A program made the translations under genes and the position numbers. This document shows, in pieces, positions 40,675 through 52,036 of a stretch of DNA of 64,000 nucleotides. A model generated the notes under the pieces. That model made no database searches. It was not told the DNA's origin and was given only the letters and a program-made list of their open reading frames with translations. Source of the DNA: Pedosphaera sp. (GTDB taxonomy: Bacteria > Verrucomicrobiota > Verrucomicrobiia > Limisphaerales > SXQI01); contig JANYDC010000027.1 of the NCBI GenBank assembly GCA_025359965.1, forward strand, positions 15-64,014, in the 5' to 3' direction. The first letter of the stretch is position 1. Each line of letters opens with the position of its first letter.

Positions 40675-41578
40675 GTCGCTGGCCAGCAAGTATCTCGATT
40701 CGGCGGTGCTGAGCCGGCTCATGGCCCAGCCGTTGCTAACCACAATGGCCATGCAAGGGACCGTCTCCGGACTTCACCGAAGCCCGCACAAGGGGTCGAG
40801 CGTGGAATTCGCTGAGTACCGGAATTATGCGCCGGGAGATGATTTGCGCCGCCTTGACTGGAGGGTGTTTGCACGAACGGACCGGTTTTTTCTCAAGGAA
40901 TTTGAGGCCGAAACAAATCTGCGCTGCCATCTTGTCCTTGATGGAAGTGGGTCCATGGCCTTCTCGTATAAAACCAACCCCGCTAAATTTGATTACGCCC
41001 GGCGACTGGTCGCCACTTTCGCTTATCTTTTGGTCCATCAAGGCGACGCGGCTGGATTGACCATCTGTAGCCGGACCCCACCCCCGGAGATCCCCCCCAA
41101 GCGCACGCCAAGCCACGTCCAGCTCATCCTGGAATCCATTGATACCGCCACGGCCGAAGGGGAAACACTTGTTGTTAAAGAGTTGCACGCGATGGCCGAG
41201 CGTATTCGCCCGCGTGCGATGGTGGTGGTGATCTCCGATTTTTTCTGCGACCTGGAGGAACTTGTGGGAGCGGTGCAGCATCTGCGCTTCAAGAAGCATG
41301 ACGTGGTGATGCTTCAATTGCTGGACCGCCAGGAAGTGGAGTTTAAGTTTGACCACCCGGTGCGCTTTCAGGATTTGGAAAGCAGCACAAGCATCGTGGC
41401 CGAGCCACAATTGATCCGTGAGGAATATTTAAGGCAACTTTCGCTCTTCCAGGATTCACTGCGACAAAAGGCATCGGAAATGAGGGTGGACCTGCGGACC
41501 TTCATGACCGATGAACCCATCGAGAAAGCGGCCTCGGGGCTGCTGTTGGCTCGAGCCCAACTGGCCACTGCTGGATAG
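40667..41578 (+). CDS. DUF58 domain protein (MoxR partner)
   Basis: GTG start overlapping the moxR stop. HRSPHKGSSVEFAEYRNYAPGDDLRRLDWRVFAR DUF58 signature. Confidence 0.85.
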   Translation: MSESLASKYLDSAVLSRLMAQPLLTTMAMQGTVSGLHRSPHKGSSVEFAEYRNYAPGDDLRRLDWRVFARTDRFFLKEFEAETNLRCHLVLDGSGSMAFSYKTNPAKFDYARRLVATFAYLLVHQGDAAGLTICSRTPPPEIPPKRTPSHVQLILESIDTATAEGETLVVKELHAMAERIRPRAMVVVISDFFCDLEELVGAVQHLRFKKHDVVMLQLLDRQEVEFKFDHPVRFQDLESSTSIVAEPQLIREEYLRQLSLFQDSLRQKASEMRVDLRTFMTDEPIEKAASGLLLARAQLATAG

Positions 41579-41584
41579 AATCGC

Positions 41585-43597
41585 GTGACGTTTCTTCAAC
41601 CTATAGTTTTCTGGGGGCTGCCCCTTTTGTTGCTGCCGGTGATCATTCATTTGATCAACCGGCTGCGTCACAAGCCGCAGGTCTGGGCCGCCATGCGCTT
41701 CCTTCAGGCGGCCACAAGGAGCGCGGTAAGCCACGCCAAATTAAAACAGTTTCTAATTCTGGCCATGCGTGTTTTGGCGGTGTTGCTGCTGACCCTGTTT
41801 CTTGCCCGCCCTCTTTCAGGCGACTGGCTCGGCTGGATGTGGCATCCCGCGCCCGATGCCATCGTGCTGATGCTTGACCGGTCCGCGAGCATGGAAGCGC
41901 GCGCGGCCGACGGGACCAAAAGCCTAAGGGAGGAAGCACTCAATATTTTTGCACAAAACGCCAAAGCCTTCGACGGCCGGGCACGTTTTGTCCTGCTCGA
42001 CAGCGCGACCCAACGCGTTGAGGAACTGGCATCCATCAACTCTCTCATGAGCCTGAGTTCTGTTCGAGCCACCGATACCGCTGCGGATTGGCCTTCCATG
42101 TTCGGAAGTCTCCTGAAATGGAGTCTCGATGCCAAACCTGGCTCGCTGGAAGTGTGGGTTGCAACCGATTTACAAAAATCTAACTGGCGGCCCTCGGATC
42201 CCGTGTGGAGAAGCCTCGAAGCCCAATTTGCGGGCGCAGGCTTGCAGGTGCGCTTCCGGTTATTGGAATTGATCCACACCGGCAGAGGTGAACAGTCCCT
42301 CCGTGTCGATGAGGTGACAGGACCATCTAACCGATCCCGGGACGCGGTCCATTTTTCAGCATTGGTACAAGGTGATTTGGCCCAGGGAAAAACAGCCATC
42401 TCCTCTTCGCTGAGTGTCAACCTAAACGGCTCAAGCACCGATCAGTCTGTTTCACTGAGGGAAGGTTCCACACGCGTGCGACGTTCTTTGAATTTGGGCG
42501 CAAACACCAACGGAGGTTGGATCAGCCTAAGCCTGCCTCCCGATGGCAGCCCCCAGGATAATACAGCCTACGGTGTTTATGGACCGGCCCAACCTTCGCG
42601 CGCTCTTGTTGTGGCAGAGGATAAACGGGTGGGGAGATTGTTGGAGCTGGCGTTACGAACAGCGGGGTCCGCCCAGCGCGTCGAACCGACCGCGACCTTG
42701 CCGGTTCTGCAAAATTTTCAAGTGATCGTCTGGCAGGGAGCCATTCCCTCTCAAACCGTGGGGGATGCCTTGCGTCAGCATGTGACAGCCGGAGGAACCC
42801 TCTTATTCTTGCCATCGACCGCGCAAGTGACGAATTCTCCCGCAGCAGGTGAACTGTTGGCTGGTCTTGTCTGGACATCCATTGATGCGATTACCAACAC
42901 AGCAGCCCTTCGGGTGGAACGTTGGAATGAGGAGGAAGGGCCGTTCGCCAGAACGGAAGAGGGTTACAGCCTGCCGCTGCGGCAAACTGAATTTGGAAAA
43001 CGTTGGATCATATCAGGAGCAACCAACACACTAGCTGCCTTCGCCGATGGAGCACCACTGCTAGCGAGACAGAGTGTTGGAGATGGGAAAATTTATGTCA
43101 TAACCACCCTGCCCCTTCCAGGCTGGTCCACACTGGGTGAGGGCCGAGTGTTGGTGCCCATGCTGGCCCGCCTCGCCGAGACGGCACTCAGCCGCAATGC
43201 CAATGCCCGCATGAGCGAAGCGGGCAAACTCTCCAGCCGCGAACTAGAGGGAAACTGGCGGGTCATGGCGGGACCCACAGGGGGGGATCCACGCATCAAT
43301 GCAGGAGTGTATCGCGATGGTGACCGATGGCTGGCGCTTAACCGGCCCGCAAGTGAGGACGACTCGGAACGGGTCACCGCTGATGAAATGCAATCAGCAT
43401 TGAAGGGTTTGAGTTGGAATTTTTGGCAGGAAAAACAAAAAACTGACAGTCCATTTCGCGGGGAAATCTGGCGGATTTTCCTGATGTGCATGTTGCTGGC
43501 CCTGCTATTTGAAGGCTGGCTCATTCTTCCGCGCAAGGAAGTCGTGATCAGCGGCCTGGGCAGTCCAACGGCCCGAACAGGAGGAGTTGCACCTTGA
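41585..43597 (+). CDS. BatA-N-domain (aerotolerance-like) membrane protein
   Basis: GTG start. Double-TM N-terminal domain MTFLQPIVFWGLPLLLLPVIIHLINR...LKQFLILAMRVLAVLLLTLFLARP typical of BatA_N. Confidence 0.75.
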   Translation: MTFLQPIVFWGLPLLLLPVIIHLINRLRHKPQVWAAMRFLQAATRSAVSHAKLKQFLILAMRVLAVLLLTLFLARPLSGDWLGWMWHPAPDAIVLMLDRSASMEARAADGTKSLREEALNIFAQNAKAFDGRARFVLLDSATQRVEELASINSLMSLSSVRATDTAADWPSMFGSLLKWSLDAKPGSLEVWVATDLQKSNWRPSDPVWRSLEAQFAGAGLQVRFRLLELIHTGRGEQSLRVDEVTGPSNRSRDAVHFSALVQGDLAQGKTAISSSLSVNLNGSSTDQSVSLREGSTRVRRSLNLGANTNGGWISLSLPPDGSPQDNTAYGVYGPAQPSRALVVAEDKRVGRLLELALRTAGSAQRVEPTATLPVLQNFQVIVWQGAIPSQTVGDALRQHVTAGGTLLFLPSTAQVTNSPAAGELLAGLVWTSIDAITNTAALRVERWNEEEGPFARTEEGYSLPLRQTEFGKRWIISGATNTLAAFADGAPLLARQSVGDGKIYVITTLPLPGWSTLGEGRVLVPMLARLAETALSRNANARMSEAGKLSSRELEGNWRVMAGPTGGDPRINAGVYRDGDRWLALNRPASEDDSERVTADEMQSALKGLSWNFWQEKQKTDSPFRGEIWRIFLMCMLLALLFEGWLILPRKEVVISGLGSPTARTGGVAP

Positions 43598-45783
43598 GTC
43601 ACTGGGCGATTTCCACAGGGGTTTGGGAGGTGCTAGCCTGCCTCTTGGTTGCCGCTGTCGCAGCAAGGCTAAGTTTGCTCAATTGGCGGCGCTCAGGAAA
43701 ACGGCGTGCCATCGCGGGATTGGAGACACTGCGCCTGATGTTGGTTGCCCTGCTATTGCTCACGCTCCTGCGACCGGAATCAGTACGCTCAGTCAAGAAG
43801 GACCGGCAGCCTGAAGTGGCAGTTTTGCTGGATGACTCCGGCAGTATGGAAACCAGAGACGTCACGTCCGGGCCGAAGGAAGTGATTAGCCGTCAGGAAT
43901 GGATTCGTGAAAAAACCAACGCCCCGGCATGGGATAGAATTCGTAAGACGGCGTCCGTGGCGTTCGAGAATTTCTCCACTCCAACCACCGCCACCAATTC
44001 AATCTCGCCCGGGACGGATCTTGCCACGCCCTTGGAAGAGGCACTGCAACCGCAGCGAAATCTAAAAGCGGTAGTCGTGCTGACTGACGGAGATTGGAAC
44101 AACGGAAATTCCCCGCTTGGGGCGGCAACGCGCCTGCGGCAGGAAGGGGTTCCTATTTTTCCAGTAGTGGTGGGCCGAGATCGTCCGTTACCGGATGTTG
44201 CGCTGGAAATAGGCAATCCTCCCTCCTACGGACTGGTGGGAGAGCAAGTGACTCTGCCATTCAAAATCCGCAACACCCTGGGGCACTCACTGCAGACTTC
44301 GATTATTCTCAGCCAGAGTGGACGCGAATTGACGAGGCGTCCCATAACCGTGGCGCCAAACGCGGAAGTTACAGAATCTCTGCTCTGGCTGCCGGAAATT
44401 GTTGGCACTTCCACACTCTCGCTCTCTGTGCCAGTGGATGAGCAGGAGGTTCTTACCAACAACAATACGGGAACTCTCACCATCAACATCCGGCAGGAAA
44501 GTCTCAAAGTTCTTCTTGTCGATTCCTATCCGCGCTGGGAGTACCGATACCTGCGCAATGCGCTGGCACGTGATCCAGGCGTGGAGATGTCCTCCATACT
44601 GTTCCATCCCGAATTGGGTCCGGGCGGCGGCCGCAATTACCTGACAGCGTTTCCTGACACCAAAGAGGCCATCGGTAAATACGATGTGATTTTTCTGGGA
44701 GACGTAGGGATTGGTCGTGGAGAACTCACGAAGGAACAGGCGACACTGATCAAGGGTTTGGTCGAACAACAAGCCGCAGGACTGGTATTTATCCCGGGAC
44801 GCCGAGGACGCCAGATCAGTTTTGATCAGAGCGACTTGGGGGAACTCATGCCCGTGATTCTGGATTCATCAAGGCCTGAAGGAATCCCTCTGCAAAACGA
44901 GGCCACACTCACCCTGTCCTCCATGGGCATGCGGCATCTCTTGACACGTTTCGATATTGACCAGACGCGCAACGAAAACTTGTGGCAACAGTTGCCCGGG
45001 TTCTTCTGGTCGGCTGCGGTGACGCGCAGTCGTCCAGGCTCGGATGTGCTGGCAGTGCATTCAGGCCTAAGAGGTGAGAGTGGGCGTATGCCCCTGTTGG
45101 TCACGAAGTCCGCTGGCGCGGGCAAAGTTCTATTCCTCGGTACGGATAGCGCCTGGCGCTGGAGGCGGGGTGTGGAAGACAAATATCATTACCGGTTTTG
45201 GAGCCAAGTGGTCCGATGGATGTCGCATCAACGTCATCTGGCCGGTGAGGAAGGAATTCGCCTTGCCTATACTCCTGAAACGCCGCGGCCCGGCGATGTC
45301 ATTCATTTTCAGGCTTCGGTGCTTACTCAGGCAGGCCTTCCTGTGGAGGAGGGCCCCATTGATATCCGCATCCAAAACCCTGCCGGACAGACAGAAACTG
45401 CCACCATGGAATCCTCCCCGGGCGGCTGGGGAGTCTTCGGCTATTCTCAAGCATTCGCCAATGCCGGCCAGTACCGCATTACTGTGGAATCCGCCAAACA
45501 TGCCCGGAAATTGGAGGCCAAAATTGAGGTGAAAGAGCCAGAAAGGGAACGACGCGGCCAACCGGTCAACCGCCAAATATTGGATGAAATCGCTTCACTT
45601 ACCGGCGGCAAAGTTTATACGACCGACACGTTTGATCAATTAACGGCGCATCTTGCGTTGCTTCCTGAACCGGAGCCCGCCCAAATACGACTGCAACTTT
45701 GGAGCCACCCTCTTTGGGGCGGCCTGATTCTTTTTCTTCTCACCGCCTACTGGCTTGGCCGAAAATGGGCTGGGCTGGTGTAG
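43594..45783 (+). CDS. von Willebrand factor A domain membrane protein (BatB-like)
   Basis: TTG start preceded by aggagg SD, overlapping the upstream stop. TM then VAVLLDDSGSM MIDAS-type VWA motif. C-terminal TM LWGGLILFLLTAYWLG. Confidence 0.75.
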   Translation: MSHWAISTGVWEVLACLLVAAVAARLSLLNWRRSGKRRAIAGLETLRLMLVALLLLTLLRPESVRSVKKDRQPEVAVLLDDSGSMETRDVTSGPKEVISRQEWIREKTNAPAWDRIRKTASVAFENFSTPTTATNSISPGTDLATPLEEALQPQRNLKAVVVLTDGDWNNGNSPLGAATRLRQEGVPIFPVVVGRDRPLPDVALEIGNPPSYGLVGEQVTLPFKIRNTLGHSLQTSIILSQSGRELTRRPITVAPNAEVTESLLWLPEIVGTSTLSLSVPVDEQEVLTNNNTGTLTINIRQESLKVLLVDSYPRWEYRYLRNALARDPGVEMSSILFHPELGPGGGRNYLTAFPDTKEAIGKYDVIFLGDVGIGRGELTKEQATLIKGLVEQQAAGLVFIPGRRGRQISFDQSDLGELMPVILDSSRPEGIPLQNEATLTLSSMGMRHLLTRFDIDQTRNENLWQQLPGFFWSAAVTRSRPGSDVLAVHSGLRGESGRMPLLVTKSAGAGKVLFLGTDSAWRWRRGVEDKYHYRFWSQVVRWMSHQRHLAGEEGIRLAYTPETPRPGDVIHFQASVLTQAGLPVEEGPIDIRIQNPAGQTETATMESSPGGWGVFGYSQAFANAGQYRITVESAKHARKLEAKIEVKEPERERRGQPVNRQILDEIASLTGGKVYTTDTFDQLTAHLALLPEPEPAQIRLQLWSHPLWGGLILFLLTAYWLGRKWAGLV

Positions 45784-45829
45784 CCAGAATAAGGAACCAA
45801 AGTGAACGAGGGCAAGTGGCGCTGACTTC

Positions 45830-46720
45830 TTAGCGGCGGAACATGCCGGAGCGCCATTCATTGAGTACTCGGTCGTCAACGAGGTGAAAGCCGAGTTTGG
45901 CGTATGCCTCCTGTACTCTTTCAAATTGAGTTGAGAGAATTCCTGCAAGAACCAGATGTCCAGCCGGCTTCACGCGCCGGGAAATTTTCTCCCGCTCTTG
46001 CACCAAAAGATCGGCCATGAGGTTGGCGCAGACCACATCGTAAGCAGTGCCTTTGGACGAGGCCTTGGTGATGTCCTGACGGGTGAAGCTCAGTTTTTCA
46101 TCCACACGATTGCGCTTGGCGTTGGCCTTGGCGATCCGCACAGCGACAGGATCAAAATCAAATCCACGGACCAACGGATATCCAAGCTTGGCGGCTGCGA
46201 TGGCCAAAATGCCGGTGCCGGTGCCCATATCCAAAATAGACTTGGAAGAAGCTCGAAGCGCCACCAATTGCTCGAGGCAGAAATGAGTGGTGGGATGCTG
46301 GCCTGTGCCGAAGCTAAGACCCGGATCGAGAACAACGACTGCCTGATTCTTGTAGGCCTTGCGTTTGCTCCAACTGGGCTTGATCAGGAGGGCACGACCG
46401 ATCTCGATATTCTTGAAAAACTTCTTCCATGATTCGGCCCAATCCTCCTTGGGCACACGCTGAATGACAATGCGTGCTTCACCAAGATTAAGTCGAAGAG
46501 CACGAAGGGAATCCAAACCGGCCAGAAGCGCCGGTTCAAGCTTGCGGACCTCAGGCACCCGCTTTTTGAGAAAGACAGTCACGGTTGCAACCTTGGTATC
46601 CTCATCGACATAAGCCGATGCCGTGAGGCCGCTCGCACGTTCAAGCATCATGGACACGGCGTCCTCGGCTTCAGCAGTGGTGACGATGCTTAGTTTTGCG
46701 AGGGGTGCGGGTGAAGCCAT
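45830..46720 (-). CDS. prmA: Ribosomal protein L11 methyltransferase
   Basis: DMGTGTGILAIAAAKLG SAM motif, FDFDPVAVRIAKANAKRN. Confidence 0.85.
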   Translation of the reverse strand: MASPAPLAKLSIVTTAEAEDAVSMMLERASGLTASAYVDEDTKVATVTVFLKKRVPEVRKLEPALLAGLDSLRALRLNLGEARIVIQRVPKEDWAESWKKFFKNIEIGRALLIKPSWSKRKAYKNQAVVVLDPGLSFGTGQHPTTHFCLEQLVALRASSKSILDMGTGTGILAIAAAKLGYPLVRGFDFDPVAVRIAKANAKRNRVDEKLSFTRQDITKASSKGTAYDVVCANLMADLLVQEREKISRRVKPAGHLVLAGILSTQFERVQEAYAKLGFHLVDDRVLNEWRSGMFRR

Positions 46721-46724
46721 AGTT

Positions 46725-47360
46725 TTAGTGGGCAAGAATTCCGGGAAGGTCACGCCATGGTGTGAAATTATGGAGCTCAATCTCAGACCGGCGGGCACGA
46801 TGAACCACTTTGGTCAGGCTGGCATAGTCCACTTCAAATATGCTCATCTGGCGGAATGGCAGTTCGCACAAGATGGAAAGAATCATGCGAATGACTCCAC
46901 CATGACAATAAACTGCCACAGTCCGGCCACCGGCCTCATCCAAAATTTGACGCAGAGCTGATTCGACTCTCTCTCGAAAAATCACAGTCGTTTCAGCGTC
47001 TGGAATGGCACCAGTTTCGAGAAGTTCAAGCCAATCGAAGGCGCTCTTATTGAAGCGCTCCTGAACCTCGTCCCAGCTCATGCCGGTCCACGCACCGAAA
47101 TCCACCTCACGCAGGCCGGGCAAAATAACCTGCTCTAGCTTGGTTTGACGAAGCAGAGGGGCCACCGTTTGTTGCACCCGTTGCATCGGGCTAGAGTAGA
47201 GAAGATCGGGGGGATTTGCCGTCAAATAATCCGCCGTGGCTTGAACCTGGCGCAAACCACGATCAGAAAGATTCATATCAATTCGTCCACCGAAGGTCCG
47301 GTGGTAGCGGTCCTCCACTTCTCCGTGGCGGATCAGATACAGACGGGTGGCGATTTCCAT
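46725..47360 (-). CDS. Histidine phosphatase family protein (phosphoglycerate mutase-like)
   Basis: LYLIRHGEV RHG catalytic motif. Confidence 0.8.
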   Translation of the reverse strand: MEIATRLYLIRHGEVEDRYHRTFGGRIDMNLSDRGLRQVQATADYLTANPPDLLYSSPMQRVQQTVAPLLRQTKLEQVILPGLREVDFGAWTGMSWDEVQERFNKSAFDWLELLETGAIPDAETTVIFRERVESALRQILDEAGGRTVAVYCHGGVIRMILSILCELPFRQMSIFEVDYASLTKVVHRARRSEIELHNFTPWRDLPGILAH

Positions 47361-47372
47361 ATTAGCCCAAGA

Positions 47373-48113
47373 TTACGACAAAGCCTGCTTTTGGAACTCA
47401 AGCAACCTCGAGATTCCGGCACGTCCGAGCTGGAGCATGGCCTGCAACTCGACATCGCTGAAAGTGGATTCCTCCCCCGTTCCCTGAAGCTCGATGAACT
47501 GGCCTGTCGCAGTCATCACCAGATTCATATCCACGGCGGCAGCCACGTCCTCCACATAGCACAAGTCAAGGCATGGCGTCCCCTGAACGACACCGATACT
47601 CACCGCAGCCACTGAATTGACCACAGGGCTTGCGGCGAGCAAGCCTAGTTTTTGGAGTTTGCGGAAGGCGAGCTCCAAGGCAACGAAGCTTCCCGTAATT
47701 GCAGCAGTGCGAGTGCCTCCGTCCGCTTGCAGCACATCGCAGTCGATGCAAATCGTGCGCGCGCCAACTTTTTCGAGGTCCACAGCGCTGCGAAGGGATC
47801 GACCGATCAGTCGTTGGATCTCTTGGGAACGCCCATCAATTTTGCCTTTGGAAATATCGCGGGTCTTGCGGGTATGGGTGGAGTACGGGAGCATGCTGTA
47901 CTCGGCGGTGATCCATCCGCCGGTTTTTCCCTGCTCCTTCATCCAGCGCGGGACTGTTTCCTCGATGGTCACACCGCAGATGACGCGAGTGTTGCCCCAC
48001 TCAATCAACGTCGAGCCCGTGGCGTTGGGCGCGAAATCGTTGACGAACTTCACCGGACGAAGCTGATCAAAGCGACGGTTGTCATGGCGGGAAAAAGCGA
48101 TGGATTCAGACAT
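47373..48113 (-). CDS. rph: Ribonuclease PH
   Basis: GSTLIEWGNTRVICGV...DCDVLQADGGTRTAAITGSFVAL conserved RNase PH motifs. Confidence 0.9.
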   Translation of the reverse strand: MSESIAFSRHDNRRFDQLRPVKFVNDFAPNATGSTLIEWGNTRVICGVTIEETVPRWMKEQGKTGGWITAEYSMLPYSTHTRKTRDISKGKIDGRSQEIQRLIGRSLRSAVDLEKVGARTICIDCDVLQADGGTRTAAITGSFVALELAFRKLQKLGLLAASPVVNSVAAVSIGVVQGTPCLDLCYVEDVAAAVDMNLVMTATGQFIELQGTGEESTFSDVELQAMLQLGRAGISRLLEFQKQALS

Positions 48114-48127
48114 ATTGAAAATTAGTA

Positions 48128-49054
48128 TTAGTCGAAGGCGGATTCGAGTGGATTAAGCGGTTCCGGCGGGAGCACGGACACAGGCTGCAAAACCTGCTGC
48201 AAGTAAACCAGTGCGTCGGCAGCCGTTTGGACCGATTTGGGAAGAGTCGCACCTGAAGCGTTGGGATGTCCCCCACCCTGCAGTTTTCCAGCGACCTCCA
48301 GGGCCTCCCCATTACGACTGCGCAGGCTGACAACATGCGTGTTGGCGCTTTTGCGATAAAGGGTTGCCAGCACTTTATAAGGAGTGGTTTCGGCATCGAG
48401 CATTTGATGAATGATGAGGTTCGTGTTGCCAATCACGGTATTGACCAAGCCAACAGTGGGGCTGATCTCACGAACATGCTGACGACTCCAGTCGAAACCA
48501 AGAGGATCCTCAATCCGGCGCTTAATCGACATCACTTCCAGCAGCGGATGATTCAAAATGTTTTCGAGTTTTCCCCCTAGCAGTGTGTGTATATTCCAAA
48601 AGCCGTAGCTTTTGATAAGCCCGGCATAGTCCACCGCCAAGAGAAACTCAGGGTCCTTGTTCAGAAACATGTCAGCCACGTTGTTGAGTTGAACCAGGCG
48701 ATCCAACTCGGGGCTGGCAAGGCCAGCATCCCGACATGCGTCGTAGCAGATGGATCCAGCAGACCGGTTGGCGTCGTGGATCAAAGTGGCTTTCTTAGGC
48801 GAAGACTCAGCCAGATGATGGTCAAAAATGACCCAACTGGGACGATCCAACCGGCTTTCAAAGGAAAAATCACTAACCCAGGCGCACTTTTCGTTCATGG
48901 GCCGCTGACGCCAGTTATGGTTATGGTAGGCCTCAATGCGCGGGGTTTGTTGAAAAAGATGAGTGGCCAGACGCTGGAGGAGCAGACCGGAGACAAAACC
49001 ATCGAGATCACTTTCGTGTGTCAGGATGACCGAGGGTTGAGGAAAACGCTCCAT
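48128..49054 (-). CDS. nrnA: DHH/DHHA1 phosphoesterase (NrnA-like oligoribonuclease/pAp phosphatase)
   Basis: HESDLDGFVSG (DHH motif I region), DHH, GGGHPNASGA DHHA1 motif. Confidence 0.75.
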   Translation of the reverse strand: MERFPQPSVILTHESDLDGFVSGLLLQRLATHLFQQTPRIEAYHNHNWRQRPMNEKCAWVSDFSFESRLDRPSWVIFDHHLAESSPKKATLIHDANRSAGSICYDACRDAGLASPELDRLVQLNNVADMFLNKDPEFLLAVDYAGLIKSYGFWNIHTLLGGKLENILNHPLLEVMSIKRRIEDPLGFDWSRQHVREISPTVGLVNTVIGNTNLIIHQMLDAETTPYKVLATLYRKSANTHVVSLRSRNGEALEVAGKLQGGGHPNASGATLPKSVQTAADALVYLQQVLQPVSVLPPEPLNPLESAFD

Positions 49055-49157
49055 TTTGAAAAGAATAGCTAAAATCGAAACCGCACTCCAGCGGCGAATT
49101 GACGAAAAAGGACGTCCCAAAAGGGACGTCCATTCGTCAAAATATTTTGAGACCTGA

Positions 49158-49568
49158 TCAGCCGCGACGGCGACGCTTGACGTTCAACTGGGTCAACGAG
49201 TGCAGCAGCGAGGCGCTTACCATGGCTACTTCCTCGTCGGTCAGTTTTTCTTGGAGCCGGGCTTCGGCACGTTTCTTGGCTTCTTCGGCCCTGGCTTCGT
49301 CGATGTCGTCAGCCTTGATGGCCATGTCAGTAAGAATAGAGACATGGTCACCGGCAATTTCGGCAAAACCCTCGCCGATGGCCAGAAAATAGTCCTGACC
49401 ATTCTTGCGCACCGAGATTTCGCCAGCTACCACCTGGGTCATCAACGGGACGTGCATGGGATAAATCCCCATCTCGCCATCAATACCGGGCAAGGTAACC
49501 ATGTCAACGTTCTCCGAGTAAGTTTTGGCCTCGGGAGTGACAATCTCTAATCGCAAAGTGTTGGACAT
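49158..49568 (-). CDS. atpC: F0F1 ATP synthase subunit epsilon
   Basis: LRLEIVTPE...VTLPGIDGEMGIYPMHVPLMT. Confidence 0.9.
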   Translation of the reverse strand: MSNTLRLEIVTPEAKTYSENVDMVTLPGIDGEMGIYPMHVPLMTQVVAGEISVRKNGQDYFLAIGEGFAEIAGDHVSILTDMAIKADDIDEARAEEAKKRAEARLQEKLTDEEVAMVSASLLHSLTQLNVKRRRRG

Positions 49569-49592
49569 CGCTTCAATCTCGGCTTGAGGCTA

Positions 49593-51065
<1,473 letters not shown>

Positions 51066-51094
51066 TCAATATTCCAACCGCGTTAAAAAGATGA

Positions 51095-51973
51095 TCAACC
51101 CATCGCCATCTGGGCGGTGGTGATTTCGAGGAGTTCCTTGGTGATGTTGGCCTGGCGCAGCTTGTTGTACTCCAAGGTCAAATCCTTGATGATCTGCTTG
51201 GCGTTGTCCGTGGCGTTTTTCATGGCCACCATTCGAGCACTCTGTTCCGAAGCCTTGGCTTCGCGCAAAAGATGAAAAACTTTATAGTTCAAGTAATGCG
51301 GAAGCAGGCTGCTCAGCACTTCTGAAGCTCCAGGTTCAAACAAATATTCTGTCGCTTCAGCCGTCAAAAGCTCAGGAGCGGCTTCACCCTTAAAGTCAGA
51401 TTCCACCTTTTCAATGGCTCCAATCGGCAGGAGTGTTCTGATTTCAGGTTTTTGTACCAGAGTGGAGACGAAATTAGTGAACAGTACGTCCACTCGATCC
51501 ACTTTTCCTTCCAAAAAGATCTGTTGAGCCATCTTGGAAATGGCGCGTGCTTCGGCAAAAGACGGGGTGTCCTTATAGGAGAATTCAGCAGCCAACTCAC
51601 GCTTCGAGCGCGCCACCCACTGGCTGCTCTTGCGTCCAGCGCAGATATAAACGGTCGTGTCCTTATCAAATTTGCCCGCTTCGCGCAGAAGGTTGGTGTT
51701 CAAGGCACCGCAAAGACCCTTGTCGGTGCTGATGACAATCAAGCCGCGCTTTACGACACTGCGCTTCTCAATCAAAGGGTGAGTAAAATCACCCGCGCCG
51801 GCGGTGGTGGCAGCCAGCACTTTGTTCATCAGATCGGCGTAGGGCCGGCCTGCGAGGGCCGCCATCTGCGCCTTGCGCATTTTAGCCGAGGCAACCATCT
51901 CCATCGCCTTGGTGATCTGCGCTGTATTCTTGACCGACTTAATTCGCCGGCGTATGTCGCGTGTGCTGGGCAT
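51095..51973 (-). CDS. atpG: F0F1 ATP synthase subunit gamma
   Basis: MPSTRDIRRRIKSVKNTAQITKAMEMVASAKMRKAQ. Confidence 0.9.
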   Translation of the reverse strand: MPSTRDIRRRIKSVKNTAQITKAMEMVASAKMRKAQMAALAGRPYADLMNKVLAATTAGAGDFTHPLIEKRSVVKRGLIVISTDKGLCGALNTNLLREAGKFDKDTTVYICAGRKSSQWVARSKRELAAEFSYKDTPSFAEARAISKMAQQIFLEGKVDRVDVLFTNFVSTLVQKPEIRTLLPIGAIEKVESDFKGEAAPELLTAEATEYLFEPGASEVLSSLLPHYLNYKVFHLLREAKASEQSARMVAMKNATDNAKQIIKDLTLEYNKLRQANITKELLEITTAQMAMG

Positions 51974-52036
51974 TTGACAAATTCTTATTGTGCTCGGAAT
52001 GCTCGCTCCGGAAAGGTTCCGGAACTTGCCTACCGC

